Shown piece after piece: positions 29,699-40,180 of a stretch of 64,000 bases of DNA. Numbering within the stretch: position 1 is the first letter of the stretch; each line of letters starts with the position of its first letter. The translations under genes were made by a program, and so were the position numbers. Source of the DNA: Desulfurococcales archaeon (lineage in GTDB: Archaea; Thermoproteota; Thermoprotei_A; Sulfolobales; Desulfurococcaceae); NCBI GenBank assembly GCA_027022365.1, contig JALVYU010000026.1:160001-224000 (forward strand), in the 5' to 3' direction. Under the pieces are notes generated by a model. The model saw only the letters and a list, made by a program, of their open reading frames with translations, was not told where the DNA came from and searched no databases.

Positions 29699-31129
29699 TT
29701 ATTGGATTTGGGCGTTGGGGTTATAAATGTGGTTTTCGGGTTTTTCTCTGATTTTTCGGGCTGTTTCGCGGGCTTTTCTGGCTAGTTTTTCCGGTATTAC
29801 TCCTTGTTCTAAGAGTTGTTCTAGTTCTTCTTCGTCTATTATCTGTGTTTTTGTCCTTGTTATGACTATGTCTATTGCTAGGTCGTGGTATTTTATTTCT
29901 CGGGGCAGTATTTCTGGCGGCGTGTTTATGTTTACGTATGTTCCTAGCCATTCTTCTCCTCTGTAGTAGTTGTGGCTTATCCACCACTCTCCAGTTTTTA
30001 TGAACATGTAGTCTATGTCTCCCGGTTTTTTCTCCATGTTTAGCCCGTCGTATACTCCCTTGGAGCGCATTGTTCTTTTAACAATGAGTGTTGCACCTTT
30101 TTTGCCTATCTTTATCTCGTGTACTGTTCCTGGTGTTAGATGTAGTTTTTCACCTGTGGGCTTTATGTGTGTGATCCCTATTCTGGTCTCCTTGTTTTTC
30201 TCTAGAATATAGTCTCTGATACTATGTGAGGCATGCTCTCTCGTGAATACTTGTTTCTGGACCAGGTATTCCGTATAGTCTACTAGCTCGCTGAGGCTTT
30301 GGTCGTGCGTTGATTTTAGGCTGTGATGCCCGGTTATCGTCGGGACTACCTGGTTGCGTATCTCGTCTAGTCTCTCCTTGGCTCTACTTGTGAGACCTAT
30401 TAGGCCGAGGTATTCTCCGGGATAGATTATTGTCGGTTTTTCAGGCGGCTCCATAACTAGGATCTCGTCCAGTTTTTCCAATAGTTCGTCTATCTCTCTC
30501 ATTATGTCTTCGTCCGAGGCATACATGCTACTGCTTCTTAGATGCACGCCGACTCCTTTTCCGAAGACCTTGGATGCGGCAAGGGCTAGTAGGTAGTCTC
30601 TCCTAGCCTTATCCCTTATGTGCTCTGATGCTGTAAGTTTGGGCACGCCATGGATTAGCGCGACGTATTTTCCAATGATCCTGATATTTGTTGTAAGCCT
30701 GATCTTCTCCCCTGGCTTGACAGGGGGTCTCGCCACGGCCAGAATGACTTTTTCTCCAGGCCTCCTCCCGCAGTTGAATAGTTCTCCTTCAAGGCCGAGT
30801 GGTAGTTTGACCCGGCACACTCTATCGTTACTCTCGATGATTACTCCGGAGACTATGCTCCATAGGCCGAGCCTCGAGCGCCACGTGAACACGTCTTCGA
30901 GCGTCTCTACAAGTAGCTCGTAGACCTGTCTGGCTGGCTCCGGGAAGCCGATCACTAGTATCTCGTCGTTGTCCGCGTCCTTCACAGTCACTTCTGCCGG
31001 GCTTGTATTGAAGCCTATACCTAGTCTTTCCTGTATAGGCTTGCTGGCCTGAACAATAGTGTAGCCATGATCAAAAAGAATTTTGGATACAGCTGTAGCT
31101 ATGATTCCACGCACACGTACATTCGCCAA
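29699..31129 (-). CDS. fau-1: FAU-1 RNA-binding protein/ribonuclease (RNase E/G-like plus DUF402)
   Basis: VRVRGIIATA, VQASKPIQERL, GHHSLKS, GVYDGL, YVNINTPPE, YHDLAID. Confidence 0.85.
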   Translation of the reverse strand: MANVRVRGIIATAVSKILFDHGYTIVQASKPIQERLGIGFNTSPAEVTVKDADNDEILVIGFPEPARQVYELLVETLEDVFTWRSRLGLWSIVSGVIIESNDRVCRVKLPLGLEGELFNCGRRPGEKVILAVARPPVKPGEKIRLTTNIRIIGKYVALIHGVPKLTASEHIRDKARRDYLLALAASKVFGKGVGVHLRSSSMYASDEDIMREIDELLEKLDEILVMEPPEKPTIIYPGEYLGLIGLTSRAKERLDEIRNQVVPTITGHHSLKSTHDQSLSELVDYTEYLVQKQVFTREHASHSIRDYILEKNKETRIGITHIKPTGEKLHLTPGTVHEIKIGKKGATLIVKRTMRSKGVYDGLNMEKKPGDIDYMFIKTGEWWISHNYYRGEEWLGTYVNINTPPEILPREIKYHDLAIDIVITRTKTQIIDEEELEQLLEQGVIPEKLARKARETARKIREKPENHIYNPNAQIQ

Positions 31130-31141
31130 GCCGAGACCACG

Positions 31142-31420
31142 CTAGTCTCTAACTGTCTCGAGTATAGCGATGATCTGCCATATTTTTGTCCTAGTGTTTA
31201 TGGGCATGTTCGGGTCCTGGCTTATGGAGTCCAGGATGCTTATAGCGTTGGCGGCTCTGACGCCTGGACTATACTTCGTATTACGTAGCTGGTTAAGAGC
31301 CTCTGTAGCGGCTCTACGAATGTTTCGTGGTACACCGGTATCGTTAATAATACTCATAAGCATGAACATGGCGTTCCTTATTTTTGTCTCATTATCGATT
31401 ATCGTGGCCATAACGCTCAC
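31142..31420 (-). CDS. UPF0147 family protein
   Basis: [25 protein letters not shown]. Confidence 0.9.
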   Translation of the reverse strand: MSVMATIIDNETKIRNAMFMLMSIINDTGVPRNIRRAATEALNQLRNTKYSPGVRAANAISILDSISQDPNMPINTRTKIWQIIAILETVRD

Positions 31421-31587
31421 CCCTACAGCTTATCTTATAAGCGGAGCGTCTCCCTATTTTTCCATAACAGGTATTTGGTATTAAATAATAATCTTTATTT
31501 AAACTTGTACTTCACATACTAATAATAATTATTTTCATAAATATAGTGTCCGGCTATAGAGCCAGGCATTATTGTAGGTGGTGAAGA

Positions 31588-31962
31588 ATGAGTAGAATCA
31601 GCCGAGACAAGGTTGTCAGGAAAATGGCTGAGCTCATGAAAGCAGGGGCCGTGATGCTTTCTGATACATGCCCTGTTCAGGGATGTAATCTACCATTATT
31701 CAAGCTCAGATCAGGAGAGATAGTATGCCCTGTTCATGGAAGAGTAGTTGTTGTTCGGAGCGAGGAGGAAGCTGTTGAGGTCACTAAGAAGTATGGCTTG
31801 GCCGGTGTACTGGATAAGTTAGAAGACTATGCGATTAAGACGATTGATTCTATGGTGGGTGAAGCTTCTGATCCGTCGCTTATCATTGAGTGGCTAGAAG
31901 TGATTGAGAGGGTTGAGAGGATCAAGAAGATGATTAGGGCGACCCCTAGAAGTCAATCCTAA
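31588..31962 (+). CDS. UPF0148/Sjogren autoantigen p27-like Zn-ribbon protein
   Basis: MAELMKAGAVMLSDTCP..C.LPLF..GEIVCPVH. Confidence 0.85.
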   Translation: MSRISRDKVVRKMAELMKAGAVMLSDTCPVQGCNLPLFKLRSGEIVCPVHGRVVVVRSEEEAVEVTKKYGLAGVLDKLEDYAIKTIDSMVGEASDPSLIIEWLEVIERVERIKKMIRATPRSQS

Positions 31963-32572
31963 GCTTCTCAGCAACTAGTTCCTTAACATCCCGATAAACC
32001 TCGTTGAAGCTTCTCGATGCATCCACCATTATGAGTAGTCCTTTATCAACGAGGTACAAGTAGTTCTGCCTGACCTTCTCGAGGATTTCCAGCTGTTCGT
32101 ACTCGGGGAACCTAGACGATAATCCCTTCCTTCTCTTAAGCCCTAACCCGGGATCTATGTCTAGGTAGATCGCTATGTCGGGCCTCATGGCGAATCTGTT
32201 GATCTCGAGTATCCAATCTATTGGTGCTCCCATGGCTCCCTGGTAGGCCGCACTACTGTAGTAGTAGCGGTCGCACAAAACTATCTTTCCTTCACGGATG
32301 GCTGGTTCTATGACCATTTCGATGTGTAGTAATCGGTCGGCAGCATATGTTAGGGCGTCTAGGAAAGCCGACCGAAAACTACTGTATTCGTTCTTGAGTA
32401 TCTCTACATAGCGGGTATTGTACGGCTCATACGTGTATAGCGCTTGGTACTTGCTTTTTTCGATATCTTCTAATAGCTTATAGGCGATGCTGGTCTTGCC
32501 AGCCCCATCTATTCCTTCCAGAACAACAAGTTTTCCCCTACTCAATAAACAGCACCTCTTCCCCGCGTCCAT
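31946..32572 (-). CDS. tmk: Thymidylate kinase; true start probably about 30 nt inside
   Basis: LEGIDGAGKT, TYEP, CDRYYYSSAAYQ. Confidence 0.93.
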   Translation of the reverse strand: MDAGKRCCLLSRGKLVVLEGIDGAGKTSIAYKLLEDIEKSKYQALYTYEPYNTRYVEILKNEYSSFRSAFLDALTYAADRLLHIEMVIEPAIREGKIVLCDRYYYSSAAYQGAMGAPIDWILEINRFAMRPDIAIYLDIDPGLGLKRRKGLSSRFPEYEQLEILEKVRQNYLYLVDKGLLIMVDASRSFNEVYRDVKELVAEKLRIDF

Positions 32573-32936
32573 GAAGTATTATGGCATGCTCCCTGTTCTT
32601 AACGTGTCCTACTAATTCCTCATACTCCTCCCTGACTATAAACAATGGTATATCTGCAAGGACTGCTCCAGCAATGAGTATTGGCTCGGCATCATGCACA
32701 ATCATACATGCAGGTGCATGGCCATAGTATTTAAGGCCATATATTATGTACGTGCCGACAGTCGAACCTCTTGTTCCAGGGAAGATGAGGGCTTTTCCGC
32801 CGATGTAGTGGCCCTCAACAGTTCTACCCATCCTAGGATCTACTTCGCCGAAGAAACTGATCCTGTGATCGACTACTAGGGCTTCCGCCCTACAGCTGCC
32901 GTCAACTATGATCTTGTCGATCCTTATCCTCTTCAA
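32538..32936 (-). CDS. Aconitase X small subunit (DUF126), phosphomevalonate dehydratase
   Basis: ISFFGEVDP, RGSTVG, GAVLADIP. Confidence 0.88.
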   Translation of the reverse strand: MKRIRIDKIIVDGSCRAEALVVDHRISFFGEVDPRMGRTVEGHYIGGKALIFPGTRGSTVGTYIIYGLKYYGHAPACMIVHDAEPILIAGAVLADIPLFIVREEYEELVGHVKNREHAIILHGRGEEVLFIE

Positions 32937-34102
32937 TACTTTGCACCGATAATTTCCTCTATGCTTGCAAGGTACACGTCTAGTTTGTGTAGTCTTCTCA
33001 GATAGAAGAACGCCTTACCACTATTAGTGACCACTAGTCCGGGTTTATACTTGAACCTCGTTACAACTGGACATGTGCCCGCAATAACTTCTATACATTT
33101 CTTCCTAAGAATACCAAATTCTCTTCCGAACACGCTAAACACTATAGGTGGTATTGATAAGATCATTTTACCCCTAGCCTTCCATAAGCATTTTTCCAGT
33201 GACCGCATTATCTTGAGCACCTCGGCGCCTGAAAGGTGTGGGCACCCGATATAAGCAAGATCATAGTCTCCCCTACTCCACAAGTAGTCTCTATAGTCTT
33301 TCAGGAGATCCTCCCTCCTCAATGAGATCTTGTCAACTATATCCTCCCCATAGGTTCTCGGAGGCGTCACTCCACGGATCACTATTAGGGCGTGGCTCCC
33401 AGTCGCAGCTGCAGACGCCAGCAATAGCTTGATCTCATGAATACTTGGCCTCGGAGTAAGTTCTAGCAGGGGTATATTGTTGATGCTCTCCCCGATCCAT
33501 AGGCCTAGGAGGCTCGCCGTCAGATCATCTAGCCGGTCATGGAATCTAATCATAACTCTAGCCGTGCGCTCCTCGATCTTGTGGAGCCCTGCGTCGTATA
33601 TATACCCTGTTATTGATGCTAGGAGCGCTATAGGGCCCCCCTCCCTGTTCGTCCTGGCCCCATAGAAGCTGTTGGCCATAGCTACGGCATTACTCTCCCC
33701 CCACGCTAGGTGTTCATGGGGCGCGGGGGCTCTCAGCATGTATGGAAGGCATGTATAAGTGGGTTTTATCCTCATTTTCTCGAGTGCTTTATTGACGAGG
33801 AGTTGTTGCTCTAGATGACTATGATCGATCAGACTCGATTCTCCAGTAAGGTCTACACAGGTGGGATTGGACGTGGTGTAGACAGCTGTTTCCGCACCAC
33901 TACTGGCTAATTCTTCCAGAAACTTTAGGCCCGGCTCACCTATGTTTGTGTAGGATATGCCGGAGACATGTGCATGCCTTATCTTAACCAGCCTGTCGGC
34001 GCCCAGCGCCTCCCCTACCCGGACAATCACCTTTAGGGCTTTCGCTTTCACCCAGCCTTCTTCCCCGGCAAGTATTCTTTCCTGTTCCCTGGTCAGGTAC
34101 AT
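32933..34102 (-). CDS. Aconitase X large subunit (DUF521), phosphomevalonate dehydratase
   Basis: HVSGISY, TCLPY, AWGESNA, GCPH, TCPV, TNSGKA. Confidence 0.9.
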   Translation of the reverse strand: MYLTREQERILAGEEGWVKAKALKVIVRVGEALGADRLVKIRHAHVSGISYTNIGEPGLKFLEELASSGAETAVYTTSNPTCVDLTGESSLIDHSHLEQQLLVNKALEKMRIKPTYTCLPYMLRAPAPHEHLAWGESNAVAMANSFYGARTNREGGPIALLASITGYIYDAGLHKIEERTARVMIRFHDRLDDLTASLLGLWIGESINNIPLLELTPRPSIHEIKLLLASAAATGSHALIVIRGVTPPRTYGEDIVDKISLRREDLLKDYRDYLWSRGDYDLAYIGCPHLSGAEVLKIMRSLEKCLWKARGKMILSIPPIVFSVFGREFGILRKKCIEVIAGTCPVVTRFKYKPGLVVTNSGKAFFYLRRLHKLDVYLASIEEIIGAKY

Positions 34103-35376
34103 TAGCTGGGCTTCACCATCCTATACTTTGTCCACGGCTCGGACAACGGCTTTGTCGCATCTATGATCACCTTATCACATACTCCCTCATCGCATCTAGG
34201 GTCTAGTGTACTTCCCCTAGTCCTTCTAATCACATGTATGTCCTCGCTTGGTTTGACGCGTGTCGCTATGGCCCATTCAACCATGAATGAGTCATCCACG
34301 TCTATATCGTGATCAACGACGATAACCAGTTTGGCGCTAGGGTGGGCAGCGAGCGCGGCCATCCCGGCGTTGACCGCCTCTCCCTCTCTCGTTTTCTCGA
34401 TTGAGACGATTATGTGCAACCATGAAGAGCCTCCACGCGTAAGTCTCACGGACTTGACGCCGGCCACGGCTTTCTTCACGCTCTCATATATTACTGGCTC
34501 CTTCGGGAAACCCATGAACATGTAGTGTTCGTGATATCCCGGGACTATTGCGTGGACCATTGGGTCATGTTTTTTGTTCACATATATCGCGTCAACCTCC
34601 AGTACTGGCTGTAGCCTCTTCTTATCGACCATTCGGAGTATATCGACAAAGGGGCCCTCCCATGCTTTATCCCGTGTTATCCTTCCCTCGATTATTACCG
34701 AGGCGTTTACCGGGATATTTAGGCCGTGGATAGGGGTTTCTACGACACGTTTATCCCCTGTTATCCTAGCATAGATGTCTAGCTCGTATTTCCCGAGCGG
34801 CGGGCTGGTCGCGGCCGCTAGCTCGAAGACAGGGTGCGCGCCTAGGATGACCGCTACAGGCGTGTCTTCTCCTTTCTCAGCATGTTTTTTAACTATGTAG
34901 TAGAGGTGGCGTGGAACTATTCTTAGTGTTGCTCTGCGTGGTCCCAGCCTCATAATCCTGTGTATGCTGGCGTTATGGATGTTGTTCCATTTAGTAATAA
35001 CGATAGATCCTGTTAGATAGTATCCCCCGTCTTCTCGGTAGAATTTTATGAACGGTATATCTTCGAGACTACCACTATATTTCTCATAGTAGTCTTCGAA
35101 CACTTCAAGACTGTATTTTGGGGGCGGGCTATTAATAGCGTTGATGTATTTTTCATAGAGTACTGTATCACTGTCTACTTGGAACAGGCTATACAGATCT
35201 TTCCTTGTCGTTACTATGTTTGAGTAGCAGGGAAGTTTTGCTCCTTTAACCCTGTATATGTATAGGGTGTCGGGATTCCTGTTGCTTATCCTTGTTATGG
35301 TGTATTCGGCCTCTATTTCCCCTAGATCCTCTATTTTCTTCCCACTAGCCAGGCTTATCGCAGGGTGAACAAGCAT
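34102..35376 (-). CDS. UbiD-family decarboxylase, likely anhydromevalonate phosphate decarboxylase
   Basis: DGGYY, NASIHR, EGPFVD, VDHDIDVD, WAIATR, GSTLDP; adjacent to the AcnX genes. Confidence 0.88.
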   Translation of the reverse strand: MLVHPAISLASGKKIEDLGEIEAEYTITRISNRNPDTLYIYRVKGAKLPCYSNIVTTRKDLYSLFQVDSDTVLYEKYINAINSPPPKYSLEVFEDYYEKYSGSLEDIPFIKFYREDGGYYLTGSIVITKWNNIHNASIHRIMRLGPRRATLRIVPRHLYYIVKKHAEKGEDTPVAVILGAHPVFELAAATSPPLGKYELDIYARITGDKRVVETPIHGLNIPVNASVIIEGRITRDKAWEGPFVDILRMVDKKRLQPVLEVDAIYVNKKHDPMVHAIVPGYHEHYMFMGFPKEPVIYESVKKAVAGVKSVRLTRGGSSWLHIIVSIEKTREGEAVNAGMAALAAHPSAKLVIVVDHDIDVDDSFMVEWAIATRVKPSEDIHVIRRTRGSTLDPRCDEGVCDKVIIDATKPLSEPWTKYRMVKPS

Positions 35377-35387
35377 TTGCCTAGCAC

Positions 35388-36635
35388 CTAGTATTCGAGC
35401 AATGATTCGTGATATTCTTCTGTGAGCTTATATCTTGCGAGTCTGACTATGTGTGTATTTGTTAGTTCTTTAGTCTTCAGGTAGATTGTCCCGCCTGCGA
35501 AGTCTATTTTCTCGATCATCGCGGGATAGTCTGTCTGGTCACCAATAAGGGCTGCATAAGCCCGTTTCTCGAATCCGGCCACATAGTACCTTATCCTCTG
35601 TACGCCGAAAGCGCTTTTCAATAGGTCGAGCCGCGGGCTCTTGATCGGTTCTTGGACAACCATATATAGTGTGTCCGGAGTCTTTGACGCATATAGTGGC
35701 TTCACACCAATTATCTCCCGTATTAATGCGGGATCCACTGGTGCTCCATGGAATAATGGGTGGCCTGAGATTATAGTGGCGGCCAGCCCTAGTCTTACCG
35801 GTTTGCCGCCGTCAAGGTATTCCCTGTATTTTTCTGATCTCAAACACCTTCTATCTTCTCTGTTTCTCTCCCTCTTGCTGGGCGGCGGCTTGATCATCTT
35901 CACCTTTATCCCGATCGAGCTATATTTATTATAGATCTCGTAGAGGGTACCCCCAATAACCACTAAGTAGTCAGGCCTTATCTCCTCGATGAGTGTTGAC
36001 TTGTATATTGTTGCATAGGTATCCATTATCCACCCATCAGTATCTATTATGACAGGCGATCTATTGTCTCGTATGGAGATATCTATCAATTGTTTTATGG
36101 CCTGTATTATCTGGAACATGTGCCCCTGGGGCTTGATATCTCCTATAAACTTCATTGCCTGGGGCTTGAGGGTCCTCATCCACACGGTTTTCCCGCTGGG
36201 ATAGGATAGAGTTATGAAGCCCGGGGGCCCTATATCTGCTTGTCCTACATCACCATCTATTATCGCTGGTTTTCCCCCGTTTCTGAGCGCAATGTTTGAT
36301 AATAGTATTGATACGGATGATTTCCCCGAGTCAACTTGGCCGATAACCATTATTTTGCGGGGCTTATCATTGATTATTTCCTCAGCTGTTTTTCTCCATT
36401 CAAGATACGGGTCCTCTTGGCCTGCCGCCTGAATCGTTCCCTCGGAGCCAAGGTTTACGTCTAGTATTGATTCTTTCAGGGCCAGGATGGTATAGCTTCT
36501 TAGTCTGTGTATGATTATTCTCTCGCCTGCACTATATAGTGCTCCGAGAACCTCTATTTCCCCCGTGGCTACGTTTAGTGCGGCTGGGCCGAAGACCCTT
36601 ATAAGCTCACCCTCTGCTAGATGGATTCTCGGCAT
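35388..36635 (-). CDS. Clp1/Grc3-family polynucleotide 5'-kinase
   Basis: GQVDSGKS, DGDVGQADIGPPG, IDTDGW, R..R..LR. Confidence 0.9.
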   Translation of the reverse strand: MPRIHLAEGELIRVFGPAALNVATGEIEVLGALYSAGERIIIHRLRSYTILALKESILDVNLGSEGTIQAAGQEDPYLEWRKTAEEIINDKPRKIMVIGQVDSGKSSVSILLSNIALRNGGKPAIIDGDVGQADIGPPGFITLSYPSGKTVWMRTLKPQAMKFIGDIKPQGHMFQIIQAIKQLIDISIRDNRSPVIIDTDGWIMDTYATIYKSTLIEEIRPDYLVVIGGTLYEIYNKYSSIGIKVKMIKPPPSKRERNREDRRCLRSEKYREYLDGGKPVRLGLAATIISGHPLFHGAPVDPALIREIIGVKPLYASKTPDTLYMVVQEPIKSPRLDLLKSAFGVQRIRYYVAGFEKRAYAALIGDQTDYPAMIEKIDFAGGTIYLKTKELTNTHIVRLARYKLTEEYHESLLEY

Positions 36636-36636
36636 C

Positions 36637-37305
36637 TTACGCTATTACCTCGATTCCTTTTCTTAGTGCGATTGATAAGGCTGCATAGGCGTCCTTGTTC
36701 CTATATGGTTTGAGCATGTTTTTTATTCTCTCAACTATCTCTCCCGTGCCGTTTTTCGGCGTGGTTTTAGCCTCATCCACTATTTCTACGGCTATGTCTC
36801 TCTCGGCTTTTTTCAGCGTGTATGCTATTCTCCACCCGTTGTGGCATTGTCCGACACGCACTTTCAGTGTCTTGTATGGATATTCCTGCTTGATCCTCTC
36901 GATCTCTTTTGCCAGGGGGGCCTCTGGATCTAATCTCTTCATCTCGAGGATCTCCGAGTCTCCCAGCACTATAATGTATGGGCTGGGCCCGGGATCAACT
37001 CCTACTATGATCTCATTATATGTTTCTTTGAGTTTTGTTCTTAGGATTGCTTTCTCGACGACTAGCGACCGGTGTTCTGGATCATATACTATCTCTAGGT
37101 CTTTTCTCCCCGCTACTTGGTCGACGAAGTACTTGTAGTCCGTATAGAGTACGCTATAGTATGGTATGTTGTCAGGTGTATAGTATAGGGTGTAAGGTAT
37201 TCTACGGGCTTTCAGCCTGTCAAGGACTTTCATGAACCATCTCGGATCATATACTGCAAGCACCAGTGCTCTGTATCTTGGCGTGCTCAATGTCAGTTCT
37301 TCCAC
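36637..37305 (-). CDS. Hypothetical protein with YqgF/RNase H-like C-terminal domain
   Basis: IVGVDPG, VDEAKTT, DAYAALSIA. Confidence 0.65.
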   Translation of the reverse strand: MEELTLSTPRYRALVLAVYDPRWFMKVLDRLKARRIPYTLYYTPDNIPYYSVLYTDYKYFVDQVAGRKDLEIVYDPEHRSLVVEKAILRTKLKETYNEIIVGVDPGPSPYIIVLGDSEILEMKRLDPEAPLAKEIERIKQEYPYKTLKVRVGQCHNGWRIAYTLKKAERDIAVEIVDEAKTTPKNGTGEIVERIKNMLKPYRNKDAYAALSIALRKGIEVIA

Positions 37306-37400
37306 CCTTTTCGTGGACAGGTTTCAGACTATAATCCTTTATTATATTGTAACCTCTATTTTTATCCTCATGTAACCGCTAATGGGTGGTGCCATAATTA

Positions 37401-38060
37401 TTGGGTGGCGCGCGAAGTATTACTGGCTGGGGTGCCCTCGATAAGATTATTGGGTCCCCGCCGCGCGCCATCCTATTTTATGGGGAAGCCGGTATCGGTA
37501 AGACGAACATGTTGCTATGGATCGCGAAGAATGTGTGTAGGGAGAGCTGCCCATGTATCTATATCAGTACTGAGGGCTCCCTGTACCAGGGGATCGTTGC
37601 ACGTAGGCCTGAGGACTACGAGCATGTATTGTTTGGTGAGACCAGGGATTTGTATGGTTTGCTTGAGACGATTATTCGAGGGGTTTACCCGGTTGAACCC
37701 TGTGCTGTGTTTGTGGATAGTATTAATGCTCCGTTCCGAGAGGCGTCGGGGTCTGAGGAATCCATACCCTTATTTGGACTCATACTTGCTCTGCTGAGGA
37801 AGAAGACCGATGAGGGTAGGGCCTACTTGTTCGCCTCGGCCCAGGTGAGGGGTTTGACCGAGCTTGAGCCGCGTGGTGAGGGGGAGGAGGTTGTCGCTAG
37901 CGGCATGTCTATCCTTGAGTACTGGTTTGACGTAATAGTTTTTCTGGGTGTAGAGGAGGGGCTCCGCTATGCCCGTATTGTTAAGCCTGAGGGATTGGAG
38001 GCTGAGGCATACTTCGTGATCGAGAATGGGGGTGTTGAATGGTTTGAGTCTCTCGAATAA
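37401..38060 (+). CDS. RecA-superfamily ATPase (RadB-like)
   Basis: YGEAGIGKT, YISTEG, FVDSIN, AQV. Confidence 0.8.
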   Translation: MGGARSITGWGALDKIIGSPPRAILFYGEAGIGKTNMLLWIAKNVCRESCPCIYISTEGSLYQGIVARRPEDYEHVLFGETRDLYGLLETIIRGVYPVEPCAVFVDSINAPFREASGSEESIPLFGLILALLRKKTDEGRAYLFASAQVRGLTELEPRGEGEEVVASGMSILEYWFDVIVFLGVEEGLRYARIVKPEGLEAEAYFVIENGGVEWFESLE

Positions 38061-38571
38061 TGTCTTCACGGTGTGTTTTTTGCTCTGGTTCATAAGGTAT
38101 TATGTGCCCCCAATGATCGCTAATGCTTCTCCACTACTAGTTAGTGGCTCTCATCCTATCGATGGTGGTAGAGTATTTATCGACGGCAAGCCCCTGCTCG
38201 GGCCTGGTAAGACTGTTGAGGGCTTCATCACCGGGGCCTTAATGGCTCTTTTTTCTTCAATGCTTGTATCAGTTATTGTTGGTGACGAGTATTTTGTCCC
38301 CTACGGATTTATTGGTGGTGTCGCTGGTTTACTGGGGGATATGGTGGCTTCGTTCTTTAAGAGGCGTTTGGGGCTTAAGCAAGGTGATCCTCTCCCCATT
38401 ATTGATCAGCTGGACTTCGCAGTAGCTTCAACCATATTTTACTGGTTTGTAGACCCGGGTTTTGCTTATAGGCCTTTGTTCGTACTCTACGCGTTTATTA
38501 TTATCTTGGTTCTCCATATTGTCACCAATAATATCGCCTATTATATGGGGGTTAAGGATAGACGATGGTAG
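38026..38571 (+). CDS. carS: CDP-archaeol synthase
   Basis: ANASP, PIDGG, LGPGKT.EG, GDMVASFFKRR, DQLDF. Confidence 0.92.
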   Translation: MGVLNGLSLSNNVFTVCFLLWFIRYYVPPMIANASPLLVSGSHPIDGGRVFIDGKPLLGPGKTVEGFITGALMALFSSMLVSVIVGDEYFVPYGFIGGVAGLLGDMVASFFKRRLGLKQGDPLPIIDQLDFAVASTIFYWFVDPGFAYRPLFVLYAFIIILVLHIVTNNIAYYMGVKDRRW

Positions 38572-38654
38572 TTTTTCGCTAGATTTATTATAGGTAATGT
38601 TTTAAGTTGGTTTGGATTGATACTACTGCGTAGTTGGAGCGGAATGGTTGAGGG

Positions 38655-38951
38655 GTGCTACGGTTGAGGATCCCCAAGATGATAGTGACGTATTGTCCGA
38701 GGTGCAAGACCCATACACCGCATACTGTGACGATTTATAAGCATGGCAAGAGGAGGAGCATGGCTCAGGGTGAGCGTAGATACGCGGCTAAGAAGAAAGG
38801 TTATGGTTCTAAGAGGAAGAGCGAGCAGAAGAGATTCGCTAAGGTTACCAAGAAGGTTGTGCTTAAGCTTAAGTGTAGGAAATGCGGCTATATCTTGCAT
38901 AGGAGAGGTATTCGTATGAAGAAGTATGAGCTTGTGGAGGTGACTCGTTAG
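38655..38951 (+). CDS. rpl44e: 50S ribosomal protein L44e
   Basis: [26 protein letters not shown]. Confidence 0.95.
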   Translation: MLRLRIPKMIVTYCPRCKTHTPHTVTIYKHGKRRSMAQGERRYAAKKKGYGSKRKSEQKRFAKVTKKVVLKLKCRKCGYILHRRGIRMKKYELVEVTR

Positions 38952-38953
38952 CC

Positions 38954-39163
38954 ATGGTTAAGAGGAGAAAGATCCTTATTCCTCAGCCTAGGAGTAGATT
39001 CTTGAAGGTTGTGTGTAAGACCTGTGGTGCTGAGAATATAGTGTTTAGCCACGCGACCTTCCCGGCTCGATGCAAGGTATGCGGTACTCTGCTTGTCAGG
39101 CCTACTGGTGGGAAGGCCGAAATTATAAGGGAGCATGCCGAGATTGTTGCTGAGCTCGGATGA
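38954..39163 (+). CDS. rps27e: 30S ribosomal protein S27e
   Basis: PRSRFLKVVC..CG, C..CG..L..PTGGKA. Confidence 0.95.
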   Translation: MVKRRKILIPQPRSRFLKVVCKTCGAENIVFSHATFPARCKVCGTLLVRPTGGKAEIIREHAEIVAELG

Positions 39164-39332
39164 GATCGTTTCTCTTGTTCTTCATCTTTTCTCGTAATAT
39201 AGGTCTTTGATTATCCTAGTGTCTATTCTTCATAGGATGTATAGTAGTCGATAAGATTACTTCATTGTTTATTGGCGGAGGAAGATATGTATTATTTAAA
39301 AATTGAGTGTTTGTTATTACTTGTTCTCTTGA

Positions 39333-40025
39333 TTAGAATAATGCTGTACCTATAAGTATTGTTAGGAAGCTGACTAGCGGCACCGTTATGTTGTCATCGA
39401 TCGGGTTTGACTCGAAGTGTTCAACGATGCTTGCAAGTAGGCCTGCTAATGCCCCTATCCATCCTAAGGCTATATATCCTATTGGTATGACTACTGCGGC
39501 CATTGCTATGTTTCCTATCCAGGACTTTGTTCTTTTATTGTACAGCATGTTTCGAATAATACCTGTTACGCCGTCGCCGAACGCCATAAAGGCTACGGGT
39601 ATTACACCGTACCACCAGTTGTGGAAGATTAACCACGCAAGCGTAATGGTTACTCCCCACATAATTATGAAGTGTATCTCGTAGTTGTTCTCCTCTACTT
39701 GGAACCAGTCCATTAGTTGATTCCTTCTTCTAGGCAGCCATGTCAATATGGCTAGGATTACGGCTAGTAGTGCTGGGTACAACGGTGTTGTGTAGAAGAA
39801 TGGTACTAGAACCGATACAAGTCCTCCGGCCAGTATGTGTATTACTTTCCTATTATAGTAGACGGCCTTAATGTGTGTCATCCCTCTAGCACGCATCTTC
39901 TGGTACAAGAACTTCGTCAGTGGTCCGACGACGATCATTACCCAGATGAACAAGACCAGGGTAATTAAGCCCTCCCTAATCAATACACTAATATCCATGT
40001 TGTTCACCGAACCCAGTACATACAA
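39333..40025 (-). CDS. Dolichol/phytol kinase-like membrane protein
   Basis: RKVIHI, AFGDGVTG, KSWIG, DDNITVP. Confidence 0.85.
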   Translation of the reverse strand: MYVLGSVNNMDISVLIREGLITLVLFIWVMIVVGPLTKFLYQKMRARGMTHIKAVYYNRKVIHILAGGLVSVLVPFFYTTPLYPALLAVILAILTWLPRRRNQLMDWFQVEENNYEIHFIIMWGVTITLAWLIFHNWWYGVIPVAFMAFGDGVTGIIRNMLYNKRTKSWIGNIAMAAVVIPIGYIALGWIGALAGLLASIVEHFESNPIDDNITVPLVSFLTILIGTALF

Positions 40026-40106
40026 TACATACAGCTAAGTACAGCTACACACTAGAAAAATCTTCTAAATGTAAATATAAAAACCATACAGGCACAGAAA
40101 ACCCTC

Positions 40107-40165
40107 GGGGATGATGAAGGCCGTACTCACAGAGACAAGTGAAGAAACCTTTAAGTCCTGACCAC
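40107..40165 (+). ncRNA. Box C/D guide sRNA, likely targeting 16S rRNA near 890-915
   Basis: ATGATGA-aggccgtactca-CAGA..GTGAAGA-aacctttaagtc-CTGA; guides complement the conserved 16S GAGUACGGCC and ACUUAAAGG. Confidence 0.85.
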
Positions 40166-40180
40166 GCCAGAAACTCGAAA

